Source: Octopus vulgaris
Taxonomy: Eukaryota
NCBI GenBank assembly: GCA_951406725.2
Contig: OX597817.1
Location: forward strand, 33,604,001-33,668,000
Length of the DNA: 64,000 bases
Direction: 5' to 3'
The translations under genes and the position numbers were made by a program. The notes under the pieces are model-generated. The model had not been told where the DNA came from. It saw only the letters and a program-made list of their open reading frames with translations, and did no database searches. Of the stretch, positions 12,752 through 26,587 are shown piece by piece. Position 1 is the first letter of the stretch; each line of letters starts with the position of its first letter.

Positions 12752-13048
12752 CTTTACTCTTTTACTTGTTTCAGTCATTTGACTGTAGCCATACTGGAGC
12801 ACCGCCTTTAGTCGAGTAAATCGACCCCAGGTCGACACAGAAACACAAACACACACACGCACATATATATATATATATATATACGACGGGCTTCTTTCAG
12901 TTTCTGTCTACCAAATCCACTCACAAGGGTTTGGATCGGCCCGAGGCTATAGTAGAAGACACTTGCCCAAAGTGCAACGCAGTGAGACTGAACCCGGAAC
13001 CATGTTGTTCGTAAGCAAGCTACTTACCACGCAACCACTCCTACGCCT
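12752..13048 (-). mobile_element. SINE family A with internal deletion
   Basis: Reverse complement of both the SINE-A head and tail. Confidence 0.9.
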
Positions 13049-13144
13049 ATGTAATGTTTATTTTATATTCTAAATAGTGGTGATGGTTATTGTAAAAGTT
13101 GGATTGTGCTCTCAAAATGAAGGAACTAAAACCTCTGTGAATAT

Positions 13145-13360
13145 TACGAGTCGGCAGAATCGTTAGCACACCGGGCAAAATCTTTAGCTGCATTTCGTCC
13201 GTCTTTACATTCTGTGATCAAATATCTTCGATGTTGACTTAACTTTTCATCCTTTCGTGGTCGATGAAATAAGTACCAGTTGAATATTGGAGTTGATGTA
13301 ATTGACTTAGCCTCTCTGCCAAAATTGCTGGCCTTGTACCAAAATTTGAAACCAATATTA
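13145..13360 (+). mobile_element. Older SINE-B subfamily with alternative tail
   Basis: ggcagaatcgttagcacaccgggc...tcatcctttcgtggtcgatgaaataagtaccag...gctggccttgtaccaaaatttgaa. Confidence 0.8.
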
Positions 13361-14059
13361 AAGTAAGTATGAAATAGATTTATGATGTGTGGGAGTTGTT
13401 TAATTCATTAACTCATGTTCTTTTTCAATTTCGTCTTTATATCATTGCTTTTGCTCCGTTTTCGTAGCGTTCAATTCTTTCATTGTTGTGAACATCTTAT
13501 CATCATCCACTTTCATCTGCTTTTCTCCTCCTCCTTCTGCTTATTTGTTTTCTTTCTTTTTTTCTCTCTTCTGTTTCTCCGTTTCCTATTTCTGTCTTTT
13601 TTCTCATCGTTTCCATCATTTCTTCGAAATTCAAAGTTCTAATTTCATATCTCCCAAGATACTCATTAGTTTTCATTATTTCATTGTCGATGAGTTATAA
13701 AACGTTAGACTTCCCTAATTGCCAATATTTGTAGTCTAAAATAACCAATAACTTGGTTGTGAGACAGTAAAAATGCTAGAAATCCTGGAAACTAGTAAGC
13801 TGTACATTGTACAACAGCTAAGCTAATAACACCTCGGTCTTTCTCAAACATTTCTTTGAAGGACAAGATCCTCTGTAACGTTCGACTTATCACTTTTCAC
13901 GGCAATCAAACATAAAATTTCTGTGGACTGTCATATTTATAACTTAGTTCTATCTTTATAAACTAATACAGAGTGAGATATCGTCTCTCTAGTGAGTTCT
14001 AATCCCAAATCTCCGGGTATTTTCCCAGCAGCATTTACAGTCTTATTGTTTGAATTCCA

Positions 14060-14350
14060 CTTTTACACTTCATCTTCATCGTCGTCGTTGTCATTATCAC
14101 CATCGCCACCACGTATTCTCATTCTTCATCATCATTACTTTCGTTGCCATCATCGAAACCACCACCACCATTATCATCAATCATTAATCAACATCATCAC
14201 TCATCATCATTACCATTACCTGCACCATCATCGTTAACCATTGTCATCAATAATATCCTTCCCACCACCGCTGTAATCATCATCACCCCTACTATCGTCG
14301 TCTATCATTGCCATCATGATCCACCATGATCATCAATATCATCATCGTTC
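14060..14350. repeat. Degenerate (CAT/CAC)n trinucleotide tract
   Basis: Directly visible; source of the poly-His/Ser pseudo-ORFs. Confidence 0.85.
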
Positions 14351-15443
14351 CACTTTGATTTCCGTTTAAAGTTATTTCACTTACATCAACTATTTCCTTT
14401 AAACTTTACGCATTTTCGTTACCGTTCTATCATAAGTATGGGACGCATCCGCCTTTGTTCAAAATTAATAAGATTATCATGTTTAATAAAGTCTACCGAT
14501 TCCTCAACAAGTGTTTGTCATTCCATACTTCACTATTCTTATTTCAGTCGAGAGCAAGTTTGATATTTCATGATGCACCATACTTCTTGATACAATGCGA
14601 CCGCTTATATAATAATACGTTACTTAAGATGGATACATCGCTGATGACAGAAAGTATTTCTTCTATCTTGTTCACATCGTCAGTTATATGTAAAATACCC
14701 ACTTTGTCACTACAGAATCTGAATAATCAATGCTTATAATTGGAAAACTGTTATCAAGAGTGTTGATTCAATCTTAATATCATGAATCAAAATTTATCTG
14801 ACATCACTAATCAAAGATAGTTCCGGCCAAGAACAGCTAAGGCTTGGCCATAAACTTTGTAGATTATCTTTTATAATCTCCATAATAGATAATGGTGTGT
14901 AACTAAATTATGATTGAAAGCACCGATATCAATGAAAGCCGCACACCACAGAGATTTATTTCCTTGTTATCAGTAAAGTCTGAATAAATACCAACAATGG
15001 TGGATAGATTCAATAAAAACTACTATATACGGCCATCAGTGTCATCACTACGATGACCCAAGTTGAGGATAAATTGTTTTAATATCAGAATGGTTTTTTT
15101 TTATTTTTGTCTATTTGTCTTCAACTCTTAGGTAGGACAAAAAATCTCGTTGTCATTTAAATTTGTTTTTCATAAATACTAGTTTGTTACTGGTATTTGT
15201 TTTAACGACTTTAACTTGTAGGTACGGTTCGTTCCAGAGTATAATTACAGCCCATACTTTATTATTGAACTTCATGACTATAACGACAACATTTTATTTG
15301 AAAAGTTAAACTTAATTTTTTTAAATAAGTTATTTTTTTCTATAGAAATATTAATCTTATTTAAACCAGTATTTCATAAGATATAGTAATTTGCTAAAGA
15401 TAAAAAAGTATTACTTATAAACTTCATACTAAATATAAAGGAT

Positions 15444-15667
15444 AAGGTGGTGAGCTGGCAGAATCGTTAGCGCGCCGGGCAAATTGCTTAGCAGCATTTC
15501 GTCCGTCTTAAAGACATTCTGAGTTCAAATTCCGCCGAGGTCGACTTTGCATTTCATCCTTTCAGGGTCGATAAAACTAAGTACCAGTTGAATACTGGGG
15601 CCGATGTAAGTGACCAGTCCCCTCCCCCAAATTTTCAAGCCTTGTGCCTATAGTAAAAAGGATATCA
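15444..15667 (+). mobile_element. SINE-B, alternative-tail subfamily, TSD aaatataaaggat
   Basis: Head and core match; TSD at 15431-15443 and 15668-15680. Confidence 0.9.
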
Positions 15668-18600
15668 AATATAAAGGATGGTTACAATAGGGAAATGTCA
15701 TTGGACTTTTAAGGGTTGTAGGCTTTTAAGTGTTAAAGATGAGAAAATATGTGTAGTTTTAGCTAAGAGCTGAACTATCATAAAGTGTCTGCTGAAAGCA
15801 AATTCTACAAAATTCTTTGTTGTCTTCTGGAAATTACATAATTTTTTCCAAATATTTTGGGAATTAAGAGAGACGCGGATTCTGTATTGAAACAATGGAG
15901 AACATTATTTTTAATTGTCATATATAATACACACCCTCCGGTCCTCTTTAGAAGCCTCTTTTGGTTACTGTTATATTCGGTAAAGTTTTCATTATTTCAG
16001 GACGAACCCTTTAAATTCATGAGAGTAAGTTGGTTCTCCATACCAGGGATATTTTCCAATTAGCTTTTCTTCTATTTGGATGCCACCTGGACCAAGGTGT
16101 ATGCTGTTTGCTTGACTTGGGTATTCAACTGAGGCCCACTAATTAACCCACTACATTTAAACCATCAATTATATTAACCGTTCCATTGAAATTCCGAGAG
16201 TATTATCGAATAGAAGAAACGAGTAGAAGGTCCGTGAGTAGAACGGTCGAAAAGTAAATATAAGAACCAAGATGAAGATACTATTCCGAGTAAAACAGTG
16301 TATAATAAAAGATAATTCCTCATCTCAAAAAAAAAACCCAAAAAAATACAGATAACTAGTAAGTGACATACAGCAGCATTAAAGTTTCAATGTACTGGTT
16401 CCCTTCATTTTGCCCAATGAAAAAACACTGAGATAATAAATATTCAATATCTCTTCGATCCTTATACATATTTTTAAAAAAACATCACTATTTGAGATTC
16501 CAAAATTAAAAGATTTATTTCGTAGATTTTGATGCATAAGTTTTAAATCATTGTTTATGAAAATGAGCGGCACCGTCCTCAAAGGTAATGGAAAGGTGCG
16601 GTAAGAGAGCGATAAATGCACTTGTACAGTTTTGTTTTAAGTATTAAAAAAATCGAAACCCTGTGCCAGAGGTTGGATTAGAAACTAAAGTCAAACGGTG
16701 ATGCGTCAAATATTCGCGTATAAAAAGGGTATGCTGTGGAAAATAGTTACTCGCAACAAGGTAGTACCCGGAACTAAATTACTTTGGCCAGATATTACAT
16801 ATTGTATAATAATAATGAAGGGAAGATTGAATCATAACAAGTAGGCGTTGAAAAATGGGGAGATATATATATAGTTTTAAAAAAACCCTTTAAAGCTGCA
16901 AAATTGTCATTTTTCAATTGAGAGAAAAATATATGACTATACGAGATTTAATGATCACATCTTTTTATGCATATACTGTAAGTATGTGTGTGTGTGTGTG
17001 TGTAAGAAATATATATATATATATATATATATAAAATTTCCGGGTTAATCCTAACTTGCTGAGCTGAATATTTGCAAGATGTCTTCAGTGGTACTGAAAT
17101 TATCTTTATTAAATCCTGCCATTTAAATTTAATGACTTTCGAAAAGAAAAAAACAAAGTTGTTTCTCTCTCCATAATTGTAATGTCCTTGTTCTACAAAT
17201 ATGGAGATACATCCCCCAACTTACAATGGCGCCTGTGCAAGTATCTCGGCGTCAGATAAAATACCTCTGCAGTTAATAACCGAAAATTGATAACTGTTCA
17301 GCCGCGTGTTGCTTACATCAATCATATTTATTTGCCACTACTAAAAGGCATTTTGAATTTTTTATGTGCAGTTTATGACAAGCTGGAATAAAATCGGTTT
17401 TGCAGAATACATCGCTGCCTAGCTATTAAGAACAACTCAAACATTATTTCGCAAATGAAGGCTATATTTATGAATGCATACATGTACGTATACATATGTA
17501 CATACATGTATGTACATATGTATGCATGTGCGTGTGTACATTTGTGATTTTAGTTTTAAAAAATTGTATACATATACGTTTGGACATTTATGTCATGAAA
17601 TGAATGTTTTTCATATCGAACCACACATACTTGAAATCGTGGGATATGTGTGTGAGTGAGAAAGTACGCAAATGCATGTATATTATATATATATACACAC
17701 ATATTCAACTATTTCGTATGCATGTATATACATATATGTATGTTTGTATATATATATATATATATATAATAAAATTCATATTGACTGGAACTTTAAGTTT
17801 TGCTTGACAGATTTCGGTGGACATGAACGTGACACAATCTCATTTCTCTTACAAAAATGGGGCCTTCCAACTATGGAAATCAATATAACTTTTACTATAA
17901 TAATCCATTACATTTAAGGTTTTGTTGTAGCCTGTCAAATACATCCCTCATCGCTTTGCAAACAAGAAATGAAATCAAGGTGTATGAATTAACTTATAGG
18001 CCTTGGTTTCAAGTATATTGCACGAGTTATTTCAGTTTTCTCGGTTGTACATTGAAGCCAGTTCTAAACGCCTTGGTTCAAAACATCAATTATACTTCCT
18101 ACACTTTCATAAAACATTGCCTGCTGCTCATTAGTTGATGAAAATGATACGTGATCTATTTGTAAGCAATAGCTTTAATTCATTATAATTTCATATATTT
18201 TCCTCAATCGAGCGAATAAAATGCATTCTATAAAACAATATCAAATTTAAATTTACACTTATTGGTTTCTCTGTAAATTGTATATTTTATTATATCATAA
18301 ATATCGCATTAAAGTCTATATTTTAATGGAAAATTTGATTATTTTACATTTTCAGTGTCCTTTTAAAAAGCAAGAAGAAATTAATATAGTTTGTACAAAT
18401 TTCATGTGATTCATTTCCCAACGTAATTACAAGAAAACAAAAGGATAGGAGATGAAACAAGTACAAAATTGCGGGGCACTGTATTCAGAGAATAATGGGA
18501 GCACTAGACTTACTTGTTTCAAGGTGGGACCGGTTTGAGTAAACGTTATCAGTACATATAGAACAAGACATATAGTTTGCTGCAATTACATTACAAGAGG

Positions 18601-19216
18601 TAACCCTCGGGTCAGGTACATGACACAGGACTGAATCCATACCCTATAACACCTTTTGATGCCTTCAATATGATTTTGAACATTTTATAAAAATCAAACT
18701 GCAATTCTAAATTTTCAAAAAGAATGCAGGAAGAAATTTATGAGATGCCTATGAAGTTAATCACAACTCACGGGGAAAAGTGGAAATATTTGAATGATGA
18801 GTCAGTTTTATTCAGATGAACGAAATTGTGGCTCTGATTTCCTATAGGAAATAATCATCAAGGATGTCATCTCACTGAAAATTAATGCATTCGTTATGCT
18901 TAAAAGGCTTGTGGAATAAAACGACAAAAATGTTAGTTAAATGATCACAGACACGATCTGTTGAAGCCGAAACTAACAAAGAGGTAATTTGGAGTCCTCT
19001 GATTCAATGTACCGCTCATCAAGCACCATCTGCAATTCCCTGGAATTGCCATATTTTCAAAAACTCACAATGCATCACAAAGCTAATTACTTTACAAACA
19101 TTTGCGTGTGTGTTGTGTGCAAATGTTTGTAAGGGAGGGGCTGTTCTTTCTTTTCTAAAACCAGTATCAAGGTTTCGATATCCTAGTGCTGTTTTTACCT
19201 AAGTAAAAATATTAGT

Positions 19217-19528
19217 GTGGAGGCGCAATGACCCAGTGGTTAGCGCAGCGGACTCGTGGTCAGAGGATCGCGGTTTCGATTCCCAGACCGGGCGTTGTGT
19301 GTGTTTATTGAGCGAAAACACATAAAAAAACTCCACGGGGCTCCGGAATGGGGTGGTGGCGACCCCTGTTGTACTCTTTCGCCCCACCTTTCTTTCACTC
19401 TCTCTTTCTGTTTCTTGAGTAACGCTGCGATGGACTGGCGTCCCGTCCAGCTGGGGGAGGAACACATACGCCACAGAAACCGGGAAACCGGGCCCATGAG
19501 ACTGACTAGGCTTGATAAGGGCGACGAG
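19217..19528 (+). mobile_element. SINE family C
   Basis: ggaggcgcaatgacccagtggttagcgcagcggactcg...ggtttcgattcc head; shared gaaaccgggaaaccgggccc tail. Confidence 0.92.
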
Positions 19529-22500
19529 AAAAATATCAGGAAAAAGATTTTGAAGACTAATACAAATAACAAGGAAAGGGTTAAGAAACCATTCTTGTAA
19601 TGTTTGTAGCATCATTTCTAAATAAATCGGTGCTATAAAACCCCAATAATTATCACTGGCACAAGTATTTCTTGATTATCTAGTATTTCCATTCTTTCTC
19701 CGTTTTATCGTTTTTGATGGGTTCTTTGCATGTACTGTTCAGAAATCGTTATTGTAAAAATATATTGTAACATTATAAACAAATTTCGTTAATAGTCAAG
19801 TCATAATACATCTATAAATCAAACTGGAATGAGTTAAGCTCTCCAAACCAGCGTTTAACCTGTCGTACGGTAACTATCTATTAGATATGTCTATATCAAG
19901 TCTCTTTATTTTGTACACAGTGAAAAAAAGAAAGGAAAAAGTTTAAAATATACTGAAATACAAAAGACAGAAATTTCCTATTTAATGTAAAACAGATGAA
20001 ATGTAACCATAATTTTATATAAACAACTGAAATTTCTTATAACTTAAATCAAAATAGTAAATAATTTTACATTTTTATAGAATTTAACATGTGATCTCTT
20101 TGACACTTAACTATTATAGAGTGTTGGTAGGATTTAATTTCCTTTACCATATAAATTACTACTTATCGTAAATCTATAACCTCTAACTTAAGTTTTCATT
20201 TATAGTAAAGTAATTTTATCTCGAAAGCAGAATTTAACATTTCTGTAGATAAAACATTTACTTTATTGAATAAAGTATTTGATCAATTCGATTATGTGGT
20301 TTATAACAAACAATGTTACTGGAAGTAATATCAACGATTCAAAATATGAAACGTGTGTGTATGTGTATATATATATATATATTACATAATTATAGTGGAC
20401 AATTCATCTTAGCCATATCATTTTACTGGTGGGCTATTATTACATTGTTGTTATGGATGTATTTGTTTCTTGAGACATTATTGCACATCTCATCATAAAC
20501 ACATACGAAGGTAAATATGTTTCTATCATTCTATTTTGAGTTTATTTGCCCTATTGAGTAAGACTGTTGCTGATGCAATATCACGTGATTGTATTTACCA
20601 GTAATAATCCGATATGAACCAGATTTTTTACATTAGCTGCTTTTCATTCCTCCCAAGTAAAAGAGAGGATAAGTTTATTATTGTAGGTAGCAACAACTAT
20701 ATAAGCGATCTGTTTCGCTGACTTTCAATTCTGGGCTCATAATCTCTTTTAAATAAAACCAATGTAGTAAGAAGGAGAAATTGAATGAGCAAAACCTGAT
20801 TTAAGGAAAATTAAGGGAATTTCTATGCGTGTGTACCTTTCCTATTCCAAATACTATTCTAATCATATTCTAAATCCAGTTATCAAATATGAATTGAAAC
20901 ATCAAACTTCGTAATCCAACCGCGGAAAATATAAATATTACTAGAGTCTATTCCATTTATTATATATTTCATGAATAACAACTGACCTATGTTTAGTCAA
21001 AAGAAACCAATATGAGCAATGTATAACGGTTAATCAATAAGTATATGCCAGTAGCTTGCTATTTTAATTTTTCATTCATCTGCTTTTTAAGCCGTTCCAA
21101 TCTATGGATATAATTTTGGAAAATTTAACCTGTAAACTCAAATGTGGTAGATACTCTTGTATTATTTAAAATCATTTATTCAAAAAAGATAATTATTGGG
21201 ATTACCATGAGGAATTATTAGAAAAGATAATCCTGGAATGATCTTCGAGTATTGCCTTGGCATTGGTATTATAATTCAGTGGTCGCATTTGCAGGAAACT
21301 CAAGACACTGGTTTGGATGAGATAATTTATGTATATTTGAAATATATTATTGCTATGTGTGTCATTTTTAACAGCCGAGTTGATTTGTTACATCCAAACT
21401 TTGTATTAGGAGATAATCTATCAGATTAGCTAACACATTGTCAGTTAGGTTGAACGATAAGTATAAATATATGACCTGAAAGGTTGTGTATTTAGTTGTT
21501 ATCTATATGATATAGTAAAATCTATTCAATACCATTCTGCGCTTAAGCCTTAGGATGCTATAGTGCTGGACGAAATGCCGAACAATATTTACTATCGTTC
21601 CCCCTACACTAAAAATACACATCTCACGTTGGCTGACGCTGATCTTTAACAAACAAGAAGTCAATATAATGGGAACTGGGGGATGAGGGCGATTATCTCG
21701 ATTATGTTTTTTTTATTATTCCTTAAGAACTGTAGGATTTGTGAAAGAGTAACAAAATTATTGTCTAAGTTTTGAACACTAAGTGCTAAGATGGTTTTGG
21801 TTTACAGTCACATTCATAGCAGAACTGTTATGAGCTTCCAAAGAGCCCAACTAATTCCAAATTGCACAAACATCATAGAGAACTGAAGATGCTAACTTTT
21901 CAATTTAGAATTTTTAATATTTGCGACACAAAACATATTAACGCTTTAATATGACAATATATAACATTATTCTATAAAGTGGTTTATAAGCTATTTCCTG
22001 TTCTTCTCAAAATTTCATATGAGGATTAGATTGCAATAATCAAGTTTATGTTTAAAAAAATAACCAGTCTGCCAAACGAATGACATTTTGAAACAAAATA
22101 CATCAACAATGAAGTAAAATCAATAATTCGTTTTCCTTTAAGTATAACTGAATGAGCCATATATTTCGGGTATTTGGTTTTATATATAATTTTTCTAACA
22201 TTCTGTCAGACAGTTTGGAAACTGTGTATCTTAAGTTGCATCAATACTATGTGAGTAGAGCAATAAGTTTGGTATATATGGATTTTTATGCGTATAGAAG
22301 CCAAGCAGCAGTTTCTTTCAACAGCGTTTTGGAGGTTCCAACAATAATCAATTGACTATGATTGTGTATGTTATAAATAATCACAATTTGCCTTTAGTAT
22401 ATTACTAAACTTCTCAGTTATGTAATGAATATAATAATGACTTACCCTTTATAATTTTGCTGTTCGTATTCACAAAAGCGACGTAGACTCGGAGATGAAA

Positions 22501-22890
22501 TAGACTTTCTGACGAGGTTGTCAACAGTGATTATGGTAGCCGTAAATATAATTATAATGTTTCCTTATTTTATATTATTATTCACCCCTGTCATCATTGT
22601 GTGATGAATTGTTATGCATTTTTGTTATGCCTTTTTGAATCAAGGCCTGAAACACGTTTCCGTCCTTGAAGAAAAAGTTAAGAATTTTTCGGGGGACTTA
22701 CATGTTGAAGAAATACTTAGCAATTGCAAACCTATAACAGACAGTATGATCGATATTATTGTTGTTCTATCGGTTAGCAAAATTGTATTGTAAGATTTCA
22801 GCAATATTTTGTGATAAATAATACATTGGGTGAAGAACCAATATAAATATATATATATATACGAGAAAGAAGCAACAAGAATGGATTAGT

Positions 22891-22981
22891 TTTTAGTACA
22901 ATTGTTTCATACAAAGACAGGCTTTATTACAAGTTGCAAAAATTGCAGCAGATAAAAGTGTCCCGTACTCATCAGCTAAAA
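22891..22981 (-). ncRNA. Type I hammerhead ribozyme (predicted)
   Basis: UUUUAG-CUGAUGA-[long stem II GUACGGGACA...UGUCUUUGUAU]-GAAA-C-AAUU-G-UA-CUAAAA; core intact and stem I (6 bp) complementary. Confidence 0.75.
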
Positions 22982-23095
22982 TACATATGAGTTCTCTAGA
23001 CATCTTAGTGGGTGAGGTTATACTCATGAAATATTGGAGATAATTCCATTAGAGGCAGATATAGGTTGTAAACAGTTTTCCAAAGTTCCTTAATG

Positions 23096-23286
23096 ATGAT
23101 GCACAGTCTTATCACAGATTTTTAAAAACTTATTAGTTTCGAAGAGAAGATGAATTAATCCATAGTGTAGATTTAAATTTCCAGAGATATGAGGAGAATG
23201 ATGCACAGACTTATCACAAGTTTTTAAAGATTTATTAGCTTCACAGAAAAGGTGAATTAATCCATAGTGAAGATTTAAATTTCCAG
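23096..23286. repeat. Imperfect tandem duplication, period about 102 bp
   Basis: atgatgcacag.cttatcaca...taatccatagtg.agatttaaatttccag occurs twice. Confidence 0.9.
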
Positions 23287-23446
23287 CGGTAAGAGGAGGA
23301 CTTTCATATTCACAGACGATGTATTTAACCATTATTAATCCACAATCATTTCATGTTATATGATAAGGTAATTTGTCATATTACTGCTCTCCGTGCAAAA
23401 CTGCTATGTTAAGATTTCTAAAGGCTGAAGGAATTTATTTGTGGGG

Positions 23447-23652
23447 CAAAGAAAATAAAAGAAAAGAAAAAAGAAAAAGAAAAAGGAGAAGAAGAAGAAA
23501 GAAGGAAAAGAAAAACAAAAAGAAAAACAAAAAACAAAAAACAAAGAGAAACGGGGGAGAAGGATAGAAAAGAAAAAGAAAGAGAAAAAGAAAAAGAAAA
23601 AAGAAAAAGGAAAAGAAAAAAAGAAAAAAGGGGAAGAGGGAGAAAAGAAAAG
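23447..23652. repeat. Purine-rich (A/G) low-complexity tract
   Basis: Directly visible. Confidence 0.9.
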
Positions 23653-24173
23653 GCGCCTATATAGAGTATACTGCGACAACTTAGCGGGAGGGGGTTCTAA
23701 AGTGACCAAATACAGAAGAATTTGTAGACAACTTAGTTAGCTTGAATCTTAAAGAATTCAGGAATTATGAGGAGAAAATTATTTTTTGACCAGTAAATAG
23801 CTATTTACTATCAACCTGACACGGATGAAAGCAGATATGAATCTAAAGAGAATTTAAAGAGATAAACAAGGTCAGGAGTAGAGGGGTCAAAAGCTATCGT
23901 CAAAAGGAAATACATTAAGAGAAAGGATCTCAGTGCAACCTCAACGAGAGGTCATTTAAATTATTTATTTATTTATTCATGTTACTTGTAATAAAGCCTG
24001 TCTTTGTATGAAACAATTGTACTAAAACCTAATCCATTCTTGTTGCTTCTTTCTCGTTTATAATCACCCCACATTACTGTATGGTTAACACCATATAGTT
24101 TTTCTGGTGCATCTAAGTTAAGTACCACATTCAAGTAAATTCATTGGAATTTACTTGAATCTTAATTGCTTTG

Positions 24174-24272
<99 letters not shown>

Positions 24273-24552
24273 CATAAGCATATGTATATATATATAAGCA
24301 TCGGTGTTTGTCTTGAAACAAGGTCACCAATTCTTCAAGAACTCCTTTGCAAATTTCCCGAAGAGATCCAAATCCAGACGAATTCAAGGCGTAAAAAAAC
24401 CCTGGGCCCGAGGTCTCTTAGTAGGAGAATAGGTGTATTAGTGTGAGATATAATATTTGAAACAGCGTATTAACCTTTTGAAGATGTTCTTTTTTTAATA
24501 GCTATAGCTTTGTGCGATATAGAAATTGTTACAGATAAAGGTCGACCAATTG

Positions 24553-26306
24553 AAGAAAACATAATTTGGTATCAATAGATATAGATGTGAAAGATAAATA
24601 TATATATATATATTTATCTTCTATGGTATTTGAAATTGCGAACTAAGTGTTTAAAGATATGATCTTTTTCAAGAATACTTTTTATAGCTTGTATGATTTT
24701 GAGACAGCTCTTGCATAAACACCGTCCAAATTCGTTCCGAGATCTCATAACAGTTGCTTGAATTGTTCTCAACTAAACGTGAAGCTTACCAGATAAGATG
24801 CCACGTGGAAGATTATACAGCCGGGAACAGTACTTTGGAAGAGACTAAAATCTTGCATTTTCCAAGTACGATCAGGAATTTATTTCTATCATTTTTCTGT
24901 GCCTATTCACCAGCAAATCCTCCGCAAAAATGGCATAAACACTTGGGTGACAAACACGAAAAGAGTAAAGAAAGCCCTTATCTAGGAATAAATTCTAAGG
25001 GAAGGTTTTTGACTTTTCTTGGAAGTGCTGAGTTCTACTTCCGTCATACTTTTGATATTGTCACCGAGTGGTAGACTAATCCATGAATTGTGGCTGCAGT
25101 GTCAAACCGCTCTCATATTTCAGCAATCACCGAGTGAACAACTAAGACATTGTTTGAATTCAAATTCATGTTCATCAGAGCCATTACGAAAATAATTTCG
25201 GACGTTCTCCAATGATTCATCATAGTCTTCAATAAGAGTTAGTCTTACCCTTCTGCTGATTTTTTTTTTTGTTCGGAGATAGGATTCAATTTTGATTTTG
25301 TCAGCAGTCAATTTTGTTTCAGTAAAATTTGGGATAATTTTCTATGTAAATCTTCAAGATCGAATCTAGGCTTGAGACTTCTGCATCCATTGTAGCATAT
25401 GTGCGAGGGTTCTAATTTCTCCCGTTGATCTGTTTAGCGCAAATGAAGGAGGAAGCGTATACTATCACGCCATAGAGTTCATAAACTGGGTTTCTTTTGC
25501 GTAAATTTGATGGACAGAAATTTATTTAGTGCAAATCGTATTTCATCAGATGGTTTCACACTTAATCTGGATCTTTTCGGTTTGAACGGCAGTTTTCTCT
25601 AGCGGTGTCATATGAAATTGTCACCCATAATTATGACCCTAATATCGATCTATTGCATTTCAATCTGTTTTAGGGTTAGGGGTGGGGGGAATGGTATCTT
25701 TTTTATTCAGAAATATAAATAAACCCAATCTGTTTCTTAAACAAGGGACATATTCATACGGCACAGAATGCTTTTTAACTCAATAGACGACAGTGATTGG
25801 TTGAAATTGCAGAAATTGAAGAAAAAAAAACAACAAATATCTTACAAACTATAGAATTTTCTCAATAAAGCCAAGAGAAAAAATGTTTTATAAACACATT
25901 CTACCAGTATACGAAGTTTAAAATTTTTTAAGTTACGTAGAAATTATGTTAAAAACTGCCGTTCAAACCGAAAAGATCCCTTAATCTGACCAACTGTTAT
26001 CGGAAAAAAAGTGTGTGGGTTCGCCTACATGCTCTTTCGGAATAAACCAAGGCTGCGAACAAGGAGGAAAACTGTAATAACGATTTCGATAAGATACAAA
26101 TCAGCACGAGCGGCAAATAAATGATTTACCAAATTTTGTTGTTTAGTTACACTTGCTTTAGATTAAAACGTTAATTGAAAACAATTTAATATTAAGAAAA
26201 CATAATTTGGTATCAATAGATATAAATGTGAAAGTAAAGCAATGAAATATATATAAATATATATGTTTTATCTTTTATGGTATTTGAAATTGTATACTAA
26301 GTGTTT
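24553..26306. repeat. Pair of imperfect direct repeats of about 100 bp (24553-24652 and 26194-26306)
   Basis: aagaaaacataatttggtatcaatagatata.atgtgaaag...tatggtatttgaaattg...actaagtgttt occurs at both ends. Confidence 0.85.
25569..25979. mobile_element. MITE with 28-bp TIRs and 8-bp TSD
   Basis: TIR ggatcttttcggtttgaacggcagtttt / aaaactgccgttcaaaccgaaaagatcc; TSD cttaatct at 25561-25568 and 25980-25987. Confidence 0.93.
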
Positions 26307-26587
26307 CTCCTAAGAACACGATAATTCCATTATTGAACAAAAACAAACATCAGTCTCTCTCATTTGAAGTTTAACCTTGATGCTTATTCAAGGTATTATA
26401 CTAGGCTAAAGCAAAACTAGTAGGCTAATCGGAAAAGTTAAATCTTTGAATTTTTATTATTGAAAGCCACATTGCTACAGAATATATATATTTACTTTAG
26501 GACAAATTGATGATTAAACGTTCGTATTTGTTTGCGTTGAAAATTTACCACGGAAGCATGTGGCAGTTAATGTTAATCCAAAGGACA

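Larger units (their letters stand above)
22861..24170 (-). mobile_element. Penelope-like element remnant with inverted terminal repeats, next to (TA)n
   Basis: About 74-bp inverted repeat, 22861-22934 vs 23984-24057; hammerhead fold on the minus strand; (TA)n on both sides. Confidence 0.7.

Noticed and set aside
13992-14329. His/Ser-rich ORFs
   Set aside because: Degenerate (CAT)n microsatellite.
19092-19132. 14-bp hairpin ttacaaacatttgc/gcaaatgtttgtaa
   Set aside because: Isolated and short, with no associated feature; a bacterial-type terminator call is not applicable.
17800-22400. Possible host exons after polypyrimidine-AG sites
   Set aside because: No coherent reading frames or recognisable protein; small exons cannot be excluded without RNA data.
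22505-22560. CTGACGA plus an 8-bp stem, then GTAAA: hammerhead-like
   Set aside because: GAAA is disrupted and stems I and III are not supported; at most a relic.
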